64,000 bases of DNA, taken from Phyllobates terribilis. Taxonomy: Eukaryota. The stretch lies in assembly GCF_046119375.1 (NCBI RefSeq), contig NW_027362767.1, positions 135,036,001 through 135,100,000 on the forward strand, in the 5' to 3' direction. Below, one piece after another: positions 1-12,984 of the stretch. The notes under the pieces were generated by a model that worked only from the letters and a program-made list of their open reading frames with translations, was not told the DNA's origin and searched no databases. Position 1 is the first letter of the stretch. Every line of letters begins with the position of its first letter. The position numbers were made by a program, and so were the translations under genes.

Positions 1-488
1 AATAAAAAATAAATCATTTTTACCTTCTGATGGCCCCAGCTGCGCTTGTCTTCCCTTGCCAGCAGCTCGCGATGGACTGAAGGACCTGCGCTGAAGTCAT
101 AGTCACGTGACGGCCGGTCCTTCAGCGTACCGTGATCTGCCGGCAAGGGAGGACGGAGCGAAGCAAGACTCCGGGGGCCATCGGAAGGTAAGTATAGATT
201 TATTTTTTTATTTTTATACATTCTTTAAGGTCACAGTATATAAATCCATGCAGTTTGCATGGATTTATATAGTGTGACCAAGTTGACAAGCACGTTCCAA
301 GTGATGCTACAATCGTTTGGAAAGAGCTTGACAACCCGCATGCGGAAATGCAAGTGAAGACCGCTTCACATCCGCTTGTCCCTGGCAGGAAAAACGCATG
401 TACAATCCGCATGCGTTTTTTCTGCCAGGGAGATGCAGAAACGCTCAGGAAAAAATCCTGAGCATTTCTGCATCATGGGCACATAGCC
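1..488. mobile_element. Partial non-autonomous DNA element/MITE (T2-like), cut by the window edge
   Basis: Internal inverted repeat ttaccttctgatggcccc (~20-38) versus ggggccatcggaaggtaa (~174-191); terminus ...gggcacatagcc at 488; no ORF. Confidence 0.5.
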
Positions 489-599
489 TGAAGGAGTTTA
501 CTTGGTAGAGTCCTGATCTCCCACATTCCTAGACCCCACCTACGAATTACCTTCAGAACCAGGGCAGTGTAAGCCGGAAGATATCCATGCAGTGTGCGA

Positions 600-895
600 A
601 GATCCTTCACTTGCCCTCCTGTCTCTCATTCCTGGAAGAAAGGTTTGAGCTATCCCCTGCAGGTGAATACCCACAGAGGAGCTCTCTCTTTCCAGAGGTT
701 TGCAATACTGTATCCTCACCCATCCCTTGTAGACTGTGAGCCCTTGTGGGCAGGGTCCTCGCTCCTCCTGTACCAGTCGCCGTCACGTTTTGTTAAAGAT
801 CATTGTAATTGTTTTTGTATGTATACCCCTTTTTTCACATGTAAAGCACCATGAAATAAATGGCGCTCTAATAATATAGAATAATAATAATATTG
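600..895 (+). mobile_element. L2-type LINE 3' end fragment
   Basis: Tail cccttgtagactgtgagccc...gggcagggtcctc...tgtaaagcaccatg..taaatggcgct followed by (taa)n; same tail at 47350-47530. It interrupts Tx1 ORF2. Confidence 0.65.
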
Positions 896-2326
896 ATCTT
901 AATGAAGGCATTCACAAGGAATACAAAGGGTTGACCACAACCAAACCTCCTAGTCTCCTCGTATGGTAAGTGACCAGGTTCAGCCTATTCTCAAATAACA
1001 GTTGGAAGAACAAACTGTAGACCCAAGTCCAGAAAGGCTCTGGCAAGATGCAGACACTGCCCAGATAGATCAGTAAAGGGAGCAGGTAAGTTTTGATCAG
1101 GTTTACCCTTTTGCTTAGGGTCAAAGAGCAACCCTTCCGTTGGTTCACCTTCTGAGTGGCGATCTCTCTAGCCTGCTGTCCTAATTTTGTTTAGGGTAAT
1201 CCCCCGGGTCAAATTCAATGGCAAGAACTTTTGGACTTTGGGTCCTGGACGGGTGTCCGGGAGATCAAAACCAGGATCTCCTCCCAGCCAGAGATTCACA
1301 CTTATCCCGGTTGATCATGAACCCGAATGCCTCCGAGTAGCGATTTACCTCTGACATCACCCGCTCTGCCTCCCATCAGAGGAAATAAAAACGGTGACAA
1401 TCAGCATACGCCACCACCCGGTCTATCCCGACCCCGGCCAACGGTCCACGCTCCTAAGAAGTGGGTCAATTGCAAACACGTACAGCAGCGGGCTCAAGGG
1501 ACAACACTGGCAAACACAAGACGCAACCTCAAAAGAGCTGCCAATCCAACCGTTCACAAGCAGGAAACTCTCCACCCCAGCGAACAAGGTCTTAAGCCAA
1601 TCAACAAAACTCCCCGACAGACCATACCTCAGAAGGACAGACCAGAGGTACTCATGATTAACCGGATCTAACCCTTTTGCCTGGTCCAGTGACAGCATGT
1701 ACTCCCCTCCAGTGGCCAGCCATACCCTGCTCCACTGCCTCTCGGACACAGAGCACAGCTCTAAATGTACTGCAGCCTAGAACAGAGCAATGCTGAGCCC
1801 CCCGAAAGGAGCCAGGGTGCAAATTTTACCAGCCGATTAAACAGCACCTTTGCCAAAACCTTCCTGTCTGCATTGAGAAGCGCTATGTGACACTAATTCA
1901 CAATGCAAGATGGGTCCTTACTCTTTGACAAGATGATCAGGGCAGACCTCCTCATTGACTTTGGCAGAGTGCCCGAGGAAAGACACTCATTGAATACCTC
2001 ACTCAAGAGGGGAACCAAGACGTCCTTAAAGGTCTTATAGAATTCAGATGTTAAGGCATATGGACCGGGACATTTCTTTACGGCAAGCCCTTCAATCGCC
2101 AACTTAACTTCCTCTTCCCTGGTTATCACTGTCAAAACGCCAAGAGAGGGGTTTACCCCAGGTTCAGGGATGGCTTCAGCCAGGAAAGCCGACATCCCAT
2201 CCCAATCAAGATCCCTCTTCTCCAAGAGGGGCGAGTAGAAGGATCTGACGACCTCCAGGATCCCTGATGTGGATCTTTTCAGTGACCCCGCAGTGTCAAC
2301 CAGTCCTGTAACTACTTTACTATTCA

Positions 2327-3060
2327 AGTACACCAAAAGAAAAAGTGGGCACTGCTGGGGAATAATAATCACAAATAGAAAGGGGTGCTACAGTAACCCG
2401 ATGTAAAGACACAAAATTATTCGGAAGAAAAAGACTCAGGATATATAACCATGCACACCCAATGTTGGAAAAGTGAAAAAAATCTTTATTACATGATTAC
2501 ATTTAGACAACAAAAGAAAAAATTATTAAAAGCATTTAAAACTGACAAAAACATGTGCAATCTTCATATGGGGGAATTCATGATAATAATATGCATAAAA
2601 ATAGCAATAAACCCCATTATGTTATGTGCCACAGGTATATTTTACATCACTTATATAACATTCGATCAATGTAGACCACCTAAGCAACCCTGGCTATAAA
2701 TAGCACAGCACAACCAGTCAAAATATGTGTTTATGACAAAGCAAACCCCCCTAAATAATATAAGTGAATCAAGGAATGAGTAGGAGAGATGGTCTATTGG
2801 CAATGGGGGCCCATATTTTAGGGGTATTGGCCAAGTTGTGTCACCAAAGTCATATATGACGTGGCACAGTTGATACAAATATAAATAACAGGCCAGGCAT
2901 TCCTGAGTGGTCAAGTCAAGAAAATAAGTAAATAAAAAAATATATGGAAGAATAATTACCTGCTGGCACCAGAGACCCTACGCGTTACGCTGCTCAGACG
3001 CAGCTTCGTATACCCCATATGAAGATTGCACATGTTTTTGTCTGTTTTAAATGCTTTTAA
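2327..3060 (-). mobile_element. Non-autonomous Penelope-like insertion with 14-bp TSD and hammerhead remnant
   Basis: TSD tactttactattca at 2313-2326 and 3061-3074. 48-bp inverted repeat at 2526-2573 and 3013-3060 (47/48 identical). Hammerhead-like remnant at 2972-3009. Removing the insert restores Tx1 coding continuity (SVNSKV|VTGLVDT). Confidence 0.7.
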
Positions 3061-6000
3061 TACTTTACTATTCACTGACATCTTGCAGTTTCTGTAAGGG
3101 TCGGGAGAGCAGTACTTCCCATAATCCCTCTCAAAAACAAAAGATGTATGTCCATCACACTGACACCTCATTAGCAAAAGATTTCACTCTGCAGATCTCC
3201 TCGTGGCTACCTCCAGTTGAGACAAGATGTTTGAGTCTCCTCCTCAGACCCTGATACAGGCAGTACCTGACCAGACTCCTGAGGCTCGAGAGCTGGTTGA
3301 AGAATCTCACCACCCTTTTCTTGAACATCTCCCACCACTCTGACTTACTACTACAAATATCCAGTAGGGGTACCTGGTGCTGAAGAAAATCCTCAAAGGA
3401 CTGTCTTGTCTCCACTTCTTCCAAGAGAGACGAATTGAGCCTCCAAAAGCCTCCTCCCATCCGGGGGGTCTCTGTACCCTTCAGGGAAAACAAAATCAAA
3501 CAATTGTCTGAGAACTCCACCTCAACAACAGACACTGCTGAAGGGATGGATTCCTTCTTTAAATAAAACCTGTCTATTCTGGACCTACAGTTCCCTCTAT
3601 GATAGGTGAACCCCTCGTGGCCTGGGGTGTGCCGGATGTGGACATCCACCAGACAAGTCTCACTAGCTATACCATTAAGGGCAACGCTATGATAAGTCAA
3701 CTTGTCTCTGGAACCTCCTCTATCTCGGGGCCTCGTGACAGTGTTGAAGTTGCCTCTAAAGACAATCTGCTGACTAGTAAAAAGGTAGGGCTTGATCCTC
3801 ATAAAGAGGCACCTCCGGTCCCACTTAGATTGTGTACCATAGATGTTAATGAGCCGGAGCTCTTGTCTCTTCATGAGGACACCTAAGATCAGGCACCTCC
3901 CCATTTCTAACTCAATACCCGTCAGCATTCCACCAGTGCGGTAAAAAGGACCGGAAGAGACTAATAGGAGGGCCCGAGCCTCCACTCCCTCTTAGCTTTA
4001 AACATGTCTGCCATGTTTGGCAGCATGGTCTTTTGCAAAAAGAAAATGTCAGCTTCAACCGGGCTGAAAAAAATCAAAGGCCGCAAATCTAGCCATATTT
4101 GACTTAATGCTGGCAACATTAATGGACGCCAGCATCAACGGAGTGGGCACCGCCATCATTGGCGATTGGGTTAGATGGATTTCTTCTTCCCACGCCTTCT
4201 TTTCTTCCGCCTCAGAGGAGAAATCCTTCCCACTCTATAATAACACAGAGGTGTCCATTCTCACGTTTTTTTCCTGTTTCATCCTTGTTTCCCGACTTTG
4301 AGCCAGTCCCTTCCACCGAGGACCTTGCATCCCCAGAAGAAGGAGAGAAACTTGGCACATCCTGTAAGCCCTATTGAAGCCAGAACCTCACCCTCAGCTT
4401 CCTTCTCAGACGAAGAGATGTTCTCAAGGGTTTGGAACCGGTTAGAAAGACCAACCAGAGGGGAGTCAGTTTTACTTTCCTTCGGTACCTTGGTCAGAGA
4501 AGATGTTTTATCGCCCTTCTTTTTAGTGCCGAGCTTACGCTTGTCCTCTAGCCACTGCTTACTATCCTCATCCATACTTTCATAATGAGAGGATTCTGAG
4601 GAAGTGGTGCTTTCCTCCCTGTGGATCTTCCCGATCTTTTCATCTAACTCATCATCCATCAGGGCCTCAGCAGCAAAACTGGCATCCAGGGCAGGGGCTG
4701 CCCCAGTAACCCAGGGCTCGACCAGCTCCTTCTCTTATCTGCGCTTATCTAGATGCCTCAGCTAGGCAGGCGTCTTTTTCTTGCTTTTCCTCCCTGACCT
4801 CTCAGCTCTTTCACCTTTGCTAGTCCCTTCCCCAGCAAAATCAGCCCCATGGCTTTCTCGCACCGAGGTCAAGACACATTAGCGAAGGAGCGAGAACAAC
4901 GGCTGAATGGGTGCCTTTACTCACCACACAGGTGGCACCTAATCGCCACACAAGATGCAGCAAGATGGCTGACAACCCACACACGAAACACATTTCTGCA
5001 CAGTGCAGTTTGCACTGAAGTGTGAAGAGTTGCTGCACTTGTGATAGAGCTTCGGTTGCCCCTGGTAGAAGACCAGGATACGATCCCTACTCAGGAAGGC
5101 ATATAATGGAATGTGGGTCACCATACCACCTGAACGTTTAAGTTTTATCATAAACGTCCAGGCTCCTGACCAGATCTCAAACTCGTCATGGTTTTTCTTT
5201 GGCACCTCTATCACCTCTCTATACTGACAAAGCCACTTCATGTCATCATAACAAGAAAGCGACTCATTACAAGTCATCATGGCAAAGTCTCGCCACCTGG
5301 GCTCATTTTGTGCCAACTAGTAATTCGACCAGAAGAGCCCAAGTCCCTCTGGCCGAACAAAGTGGACATCAAACTCAGGAGTGGAGTAGGGATGTATCAA
5401 GGCGTAGATGTCAATCACCTAGAAGCCTATCCTCAGCAGAAGCTCCACAACCGTAGACCTTGGAGAACACGCATCACTGCTCCTGCAACAAAGACAGACC
5501 ACGTTCCTATGCACACTGCCCAGCCCGGCTGTTTGGAGGGACCACACTGTATCACCTCTTTTTCGCTCTTGGAAGGCCCCAAGGCCATGTCTCTCTATCC
5601 AGAATGATAGATCAACCTCTCGATCCTCTACCATTAGTGATCTCTCCCCATCCTTTAGAGCCTCCGGGAGACGCCGCTGCAACATGCCGTCCCCAGAACC
5701 CGGAGACGAGGAGGATGACTTATTTTCCCTGGAGGTGACACTGGCATAACTCCTGGCAGGCACTGCCACCGCCAGGGGGCAACCGGACTAGTTACTACAT
5801 CAGCTACAACAGTATCACTATTACCCACCTCCATCACTATCCCTCCCTCCACCAAACGAGCAACCACACCACTAGAGAATGAATTTGCTTAATTCAAACC
5901 CACCACCGGATTCACTCCTGCTGGACCAGTAACAACAGTGGGTGACATTATGACCTCAGCATCATCAGGCACAAAGGGCTTAGCCACCTCCATAGAACTA

Positions 6001-7673
6001 GAGGCTACCTTACCCCTGGTTTTATGTGTGCCCTCCGCGTCATCAGTTGGTAATTTGCGTTGCCTCATATTTGATACCAGGTGCCACTGATCCTTAGCAT
6101 CAGGATCTTGCTAACCAGCGGCGCCAACACAGAATAACACTTTGGTGGGAGAACCGGAACTCTCAGCCCCGGCAGCCCAATCACACTGCTGCCGCTTCTC
6201 AATTAAGTGATCAGCGGCAACAGCATTCAGAGGTGCCGAGGCTACTGGAGCTGCCCCCAACATCTTGCCTTCTCTGGAAGATAATCACCAAGGTGGAAAT
6301 TCTGAAGGCACACTGGGGACTCCAGAAGCTTCATCTCCACCATTAGCGCCTCTCCCTAGCTGCTGTTGTTACTGTCCTCCCCAGAGCCGGCAGAACTGCG
6401 AACCGGATGTCACTGTCGCCTGTCCTGCAGGGAACTCACTGAACATGGCCTGCGGTTGACTTTGCAAGCTACTAGGTGGGGCTTACTGCTGGTCATCATC
6501 ACTCTCATCATCCACCTGACTCTCAGGCTGCAGCCTCATCTGCCTTTGCTTTCTGTTATCAGCCATATCTGTGAATCGATCTTCATTCATAAGCTTTTTC
6601 TTAAACGGTCCACTTTTTTCTCTCGTGAAACCATTCCGTACTTCCAATTCATTTATTTCAAGCTTAAGTCTCTTTACCTCCACCTAGAGCTGAGCCTTCC
6701 TCTGTTTGTGCAGCGCAGCTCCTCCCAGAGCCTCCTGATAGTCTTACTTGCTTCTTCATACTGACGGAGGTGGCTCATGACCCAGGAACCATAGGTGGAA
6801 AAAAGACTCCATGAAGTCGGCGTCACCTCAGTGAGCAATCTGATTTCCTGCGAAAGGATCACCATTGTAAGGTGCCCCAGCGAGGTAGTCATGGGAAAGC
6901 TGTAGCCCTTACTCGCTCTGGCACCCTACAGACAAAGTGTGTCCTCCCTCTGATGTACTGCAGTGTATGTGGTGTTTTCCACTTATTCTGACCAGTCGTT
7001 CTCTGCGGTCTCCAGGGCTTTCTCTTCTAGAACCAGGGCAGCAATGAAGTCAGAGGACACAAAGCTCATAACAATAACTGGGACTTTACTGGGTAACAGG
7101 GAGTATGTACAATATTTACAGGCAGCTATAAAGTATAAGACCCAACAGGTTGTCATCTTTCCCACAGGTACTTGATACAACTTCAGCCCTGGTTCCCAAT
7201 TGAAGTGAAGCATCTCTGTTCTCTAACCTTAGAGAATCTTCCTCATCAGTGACAGTATATCCAGATCCTAAATCTTTCCACATACTAGCCTTGAGTCCTA
7301 ACTTCTTCTGCAGTCTTGCAGACAGAATGCGCCCCTAGGTCCCTGACGACTTTCGAGGTTCCTAGGCGGCTAAGGGGACTCCTGTTTAGAGATTCTTGTC
7401 TGATGATCCACTATCTGGGATACTAAGGTCCACATCTATCCTAGCAGCCAGTATATGGAGCCTGTCACTTTTCTGAAGTCCTATACACTACTGAACTATT
7501 CACTTCCTGTACTCAACAATGGCACTGGATTCCCCCTCCCTCTACTGGGCTGGATTATCACAGCTAACCCCTTAACTGGACTTAACTGCAGCCCAGAGAG
7601 ATCTAACTTTCGGGAACATGCCTTTTAACTATTTTAGTGCCAGAAGGAAGCTACTTCCTTCACCAATACTACA

Positions 7674-10600
7674 TTCCCCCACACTTTAATTACGGTCGTC
7701 CTCTAGGGAAGCTCTAGGGAAATACAGGGTTTAGGTTCCTGTGTGGCGATTGGTGAGGAACCAATATGGGGACGGTAGGGGAGACAGGGTGAAATCAGAT
7801 CAGCCTAGGAGGTCTCCACTCCCCCTTCCCCTCTTCCCTTCATGTTACACTTAGTCTTTCCCACACCTTGCGTGACATTATCACCAGCCATGCACATTTT
7901 GAGAAAAAAAACAAAACAAAACTGACAGGTTTATTTGCGGGTTTTTTTTCGGGCATGCTTTTTTTTCCTTTCTCCCTTGGTTGCAGAGCGGCTGCGCTGT
8001 GTCTCTGGAGGTGAATGACATCCGTTTTGAGGTTCAGCAAGAGCATCAGCGGCTACAGGTCACTAATGTGGGAGTCTCTGCAGGTAGGCCCATCCAGCCT
8101 TAACCCAAGGTTGCCCTCCTGGAAAGGTTTTCAGGTGGTAGGGAGAAGTTTTTTGTGTTCAAGGAGGCCTGCAAACTGTACTTTAAATGTGATCCTTAAG
8201 CCTTCGGAAGTGAGGAGCAACGGGTGGGAATTGTGATATCACAGCTGCAGGGAGATTCTCAATCCTGGGCGTTTTCTTTACCGCAGGATTTGGTTTGTCT
8301 CTAGTCTGTGGAGGTTTTTTTGGGGGCTCTGGCCCTCATCTATGATAACCCTGACTGGGTCGCCTTGGCTGAGTCTAGGCTACGTCACCTTCAGCAGGGG
8401 AATCGGTCAGTGCAGACATACAGCTCTGAATTCCATAGATGGGCAACGGATTAAAAATGGAATGACTCTGCTCTTAGAAGCCAATCTTGTGAGGGCCTTA
8501 CTGAAAGGTTTAAAGATACTTTGGCAGTGTATGAAACCCCTAAGTCCTTGGAGGCTGCCATGTCAGTGGCTATAAGTATTGATAGACGCCTTCGAGATAG
8601 GTGGGTGACACCACCTTCTGCGGGGCCTTCTTGTCGGGGTTATGTACCTCTGATGGAGGAGCGGTCTGGCGGTGAACCAGTACTGGGGGAGGTGGAGGAA
8701 ACCATGCAGTTAGGGGGTGCCTCTGCATCATATATTTCCCTGGAAATTCGCAATAAAAAAGGTGTATGTTTTTTTGTGGGAAAAAGGGACATTTTATTGA
8801 GGTCTGTCCTTTGATTCCTAAGCAAAAGGAAACTCGATTAGTAGTCTGGAGTTGGATAAGCAAGGGGTGCATTTTTCATCCAACCTGCAGTTCCCGGTTT
8901 GTCCTGACAGCAGAGGTGGTGCTAGAGAGAAAAACCCAGAAAATTTGTGTTTGTTGTCAGTGGAGCTGGAGTCAGAATGGTTGATGCTGAGTTTGTGAAA
9001 ACTCATGGTCTTGCTTGCTTTACTTTCGCTAAGCCTATTCCCGTCTTCGCCATCGACTAAGCGCCACTTGCACAGAAAGCATTAACTCAGATTGTACATA
9101 ATGTAAAACTGAGGGTGGGGTTCGTTCATTGTGAAATAATCCCTTGCTATGCCCTGGATGGTCTTCCCACCCCAATTGTTTTGTGTCTTCCCTGGTTGGT
9201 GAAACATAATCTGGCAAGCCAGAGAGATCATTGAATGGGGAGATTACTGCCATGAGACTGTTTAGATATTTCCCTTGCTACTGTCTCTACGGAAATATTA
9301 CCTGCTTTTCTGTCTGGTTTTGAGGACATTTTTTCTGAGAGGGGGAGTTAGGATTTGCTTCCTCATCGGGCATCAGACTGTCCTATTAACCTGACCCCCG
9401 GAGCTAAACTTCCGAAGTCCAGACTGTATAATCTTTCTAGCCCTGAGAGACAAGCCATGAAGGATTTCATTGCGGAAAGTCTGGAGAAGGGACATATCAG
9501 GTCCTCATCTTCGCCTGTGGCGGCAGGGTTCTTCTTCGAGACGAAAAAAGATGGTGGCCTGCGTCCCTGTTTAGATTTCCGGGAATTAAATCAAATTACT
9601 ATCCGAGAGCTGTATCCTCTTTCTCTGATTCCAGATTTGTTCAGCCAGGTTGTGGGAGCTAAGGTATTCTCCAAGTTGGATTTAAGGGGAGCCTACAATC
9701 TGGTTAGAATTAGAGAAAGGGATGAATGGAAAACAGCATTCAATACCCCTGAAGGGCATTTCGAGAGTCTGATTATGCCTTTCAATTTGACCAACGCACC
9801 TGCGGTGTTCCAGCATTTCATAAATTATATTTTCCATCATTTGGTGGGGAGGTTGGTGGTGGTCTATCTGGACGATGTTTTTCGCTATTCAGGAGGTGCA
9901 GTTTTTGGGGTACTTGTTGTCATCTTCAGGTTTTCGGATGGATCCGGAGAAGGTCCGTGCAGTCCTTGATTGGGACCGTCCCGAGAACCTGAAGGCTTTA
10001 CAATGTTTTCTGGGCTTTACTAATTTTTACCGGAAATTCATTCAAAATTACTCAATAATCGTGAAACCCCTTACTGCCATGACTAGGAAGGGGTCTGATT
10101 TTTCCAAATGGTCGGATGCTTCCCTCCAGGCTTTTTCTTCCTTAAAAAATAGTTTTGCCACGGCACCTATACTCAGTCAACCCGATGTTTCTCAAACCCT
10201 TTATTGTTGAAGTTGACGCGTCGGATGTGGGAGTTGGGGCTGTGTTGTCTCAGGGTCCGTCCCCTGGTAAATGGTGTCTATGCGATTTCTTTTCTAAAAA
10301 ATTGCCCTCGGCTGAGAGAAATTATGACGTGGGTAATATAGAACTTTTGGCAATCAAATTGGCGTTTGAAGAATGGCGACATTGGTTGGAGGGGGCTGTC
10401 CATCCGATTACTGTTATTAATGACCATAAGAACCTGTCATATCTCCAATCAGCTAAACGTCTCAACCTGAACTGGAAGGTGAAGTGTTGGAAGCTCAGGG
10501 GGACGCTCCTGCCTCCTGCCCTTCAGAAAGTTATTTGTAAATTCTAATCTGCGCCGCAAAGTAATTAAGGAACATCACAACTCTGTACGTGGTTCCCTCC

Positions 10601-11888
10601 GATGTGGTGTCAGATCGGGGGACCCAGTTTGTTTCCAAGTTCTGGAAAGCATTCTGTTCTCGACTGGGGGTGCAGCTGTCCTTTTCCTCTGCCTTCCACC
10701 CTCAGTCGAATGGACAGCCCGAGCGCGTCAATCAGAATTTGGAGACCTACCTCAGGTGTTTCGTCTCCGAAAATCAGGAGGATTAGGCATCCTACTTACC
10801 ACTGGCAAAATTTGCCATTAATACTCATTGTCAAGAATCCCCTGGCAGGTCACTGTTCTTTGGTGCATATGGTTACCATCCACAGTTTGGTACCTTTAGT
10901 GAGGAGCTTTGGGAGTTCCTGAGGAGGAACGTTTTGATTCGTCGCTTTCCTCGGTGTGGCGGGGGATTCTGAGTAATTTAAAGATCATGGGAGACAGGTA
11001 TAAACAAATGGCTGACAGAAATCGCTTGCCAGGTCTGTACCTGAATGTAAATGCCTTTGTGTGGTTGTCTGCCAGGAATATCAAGTTGAAAGTCCCTTCT
11101 TGGAAGCTGGGACCTAGGTTTATTGTTCCCTATAAAATAACCGCCGTCATTAACCCAGCAGCGTTTCGTCTTGAGCTTCTTCGGGCCCTTAATGTCCACA
11201 ATGTTTTCCACAGGTCCTTACTCAAGAAATATGTGGAACCTCTTGAGTCCTCAACCCTACTGCCGCCCCCAATAATGGTTGATGGTAATCTGGAGTTTCA
11301 GATTTCGAGAATTTTAGATTCTCATCAACATCGTCGTTCCCTGCAATACTTGGTGCATTGGAAGGGTTATGGTCCAGAAGAGAAGATGTGGGTTTCAGCA
11401 TCAGAGGTGAATGCTCCCAGGTTGGTTCGTTCATTTCACACCTCTTATCCTGAGAAACCTGGTCCTGAGTGTCCGGAGGCCACTCGTAGAGGGGGGGGGG
11501 GTACTGTCACGGGTGTGTCAGATGTGACAGTCTCCCTGCAGTTAGTTACAGAAGATCTCTTCGTTTGGCATTACAGACGCCTTCTTAGATCTGTATCACT
11601 CTAGGACCCAGCGGCTACCTCCTTCCTGCTAATTGACACCCAGGCATGGGTGTTTAGATACTTTCTATTTGCTACAGGGAGGTGCTGGTGATATTCACAT
11701 GTTTCCTTGTGAAGGCTTGGTGCTACTGCAGTCTGTTTACTTCCTCTCTGGTGCTAGGAGGATGTGTAGTTTAATCTCTCTGAAGTCGGCTCAATGTAAG
11801 TTACTTTCCCCCCGTGTTTGTCTCCCTTGTCTTTAGTTGTTAGTGGGGACTGACTAGTGCTCACCACCCACCCCCCTTCCCTATCCAG
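7674..11888 (+). mobile_element. Degenerate Ty3/Gypsy chromodomain LTR retrotransposon (Sushi-like)
   Basis: gag fragment (PKSLEAAMSVAISIDRRLR, CGKKGHFIEVC knuckle); RT at 9355-9890 ([23 protein letters not shown]); RNase H ([14 protein letters not shown]); partly deleted integrase (SDRG, HPQSNGQ); chromodomain (LQYLVHWKGYG). Polypurine tract at ~11488-11501, LTR start TGTCACG at 11505, LTR end CGTGACA at 7877. Confidence 0.92.
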
Positions 11889-12528
11889 GGCACTGGGTTC
11901 CCCCTCCCTCTACTGGGCTGGATTATCACAGCTAACACCTTAATTGGACCTAACTGCAGCCCAGAGCGATCTAACTTTCGGGAACATGCCTTTTAACACT
12001 TTTAGTGCCAGAGGGAAGCTACTTCCTTCACCAATACTACACCATCACATACGCTGGCAGACTTATACTCCATGTTGGAAGTGTTACGGCGTCTCTGGGT
12101 CTCAAGAGACTCGGGGGGAAGAGGTGCCACATTACTGCGACTCCTAGTGGAGGGTCTCACCCGAGTTCTCCGATTTGCAGGCTGGTTGCTGGCTTCTGCC
12201 CCCTGCCGGCCTGGTTACTGGAACAGAAGCCTGGTTATTGGCTCCATAACTCATCCCAGGAAACCTACTCCCTCCCTGAGTAGGAGAGGAAGCAGGTCCC
12301 CAGGCGGAAAGGTCTTGCTTCTCAGAGCTCAGGAGCACACAGCAAGATCAGTAGCAACCACCCCCGCCAATCAAATCAGTGAGCAACAGCTGATCAACGC
12401 TGCACTCATTATTCTGCTGGTGCAGTCACTGTGTACATATATTACATTACTTATCCTGCGTTACATCTGTATTATATTCCAGAGCTGCACTCACTATTCT
12501 GTTGGTGCAGTCACTGTGTACATTCATA

Positions 12529-12964
12529 TGTCAAAGATAGCAGCCGGGGGTCGCGCAGATCCCACCGTCGTCACCTTTATGTCACGTGTAACACCGGGGA
12601 GAGCACACAGATCCCACCACTGCCATCTCTATCAGGGAGACGCAACTCCGCTGCCTCCAATCAGGACAATTATGCAATTGATTGACGAGTGATGGACGAG
12701 GTCGCAGCAGCTTCCACTACTAGGCCAGTTATTGATAAACTCACCTTGAGCGTATGGTGTATACACATCAGATTCCACTGCAAGGAATATATATATGCCC
12801 CAATATGGTCACTGCCAACTCCACAATTACAAAAAGAACCACTAGCTGTCATCACCCATAGTTTATAGAGGCTGATTAGACACCAGTTACAGGCAGCGTG
12901 TGGCCTCAGGGGTGCAGTTTACAGAGCAAGAGGAACAGAGATATTCAATTTTAGATATTTAATC
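12529..12964 (+). repeat. Dispersed LTR-like repeat, copy 1 (copy 2 at 18670-19016)
   Basis: Clear homology to 18670-19016 (cagatcccaccg, tgacgagtga, cactgccaactccacaat, gttacaggcag, agcaagaggaacagag). A TG...GTTACA segment resembles an LTR; family not identified. Confidence 0.45.
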
Positions 12965-12984
12965 TTCAAAGGCAGGCAGTGTTT

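Larger units (their letters stand above)
489..12350 (-). mobile_element. Degenerate Tx1/L1-clade non-LTR retrotransposon hosting nested insertions
   Basis: ORF1 fragments at ~4280-6890 (coiled coil, RNA-binding-like region, CCHC knuckles CFVCG/CHKC). APE endonuclease fragments at 3155-4140 (LINIYG, GNFN, SRIDRFY, FSDN, WRLNSSLL). RT fragments at 912-2372 (KCPGPYALTSEFYK, CQCCPLSPLLYVFAIDPL, LSKRVNLIKTYLLP) and a further piece at ~490-600. Putative 5' UTR at 6893-7673 and 12042-12350. Many stops and frameshifts. Confidence 0.85.

Noticed and set aside
9355-11604. Domesticated Sushi-derived gene (PEG10/RTL-like)
   Set aside because: Multiple stops and frameshifts, a deleted integrase core, and retained PPT and LTR parts indicate a decaying transposon.
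7521-12041. The 153-bp direct repeats as the Gypsy LTRs
   Set aside because: They lack TG...CA ends and do not abut the PPT or leader. The true LTR termini are at 11505 and 7877, inside the repeats.
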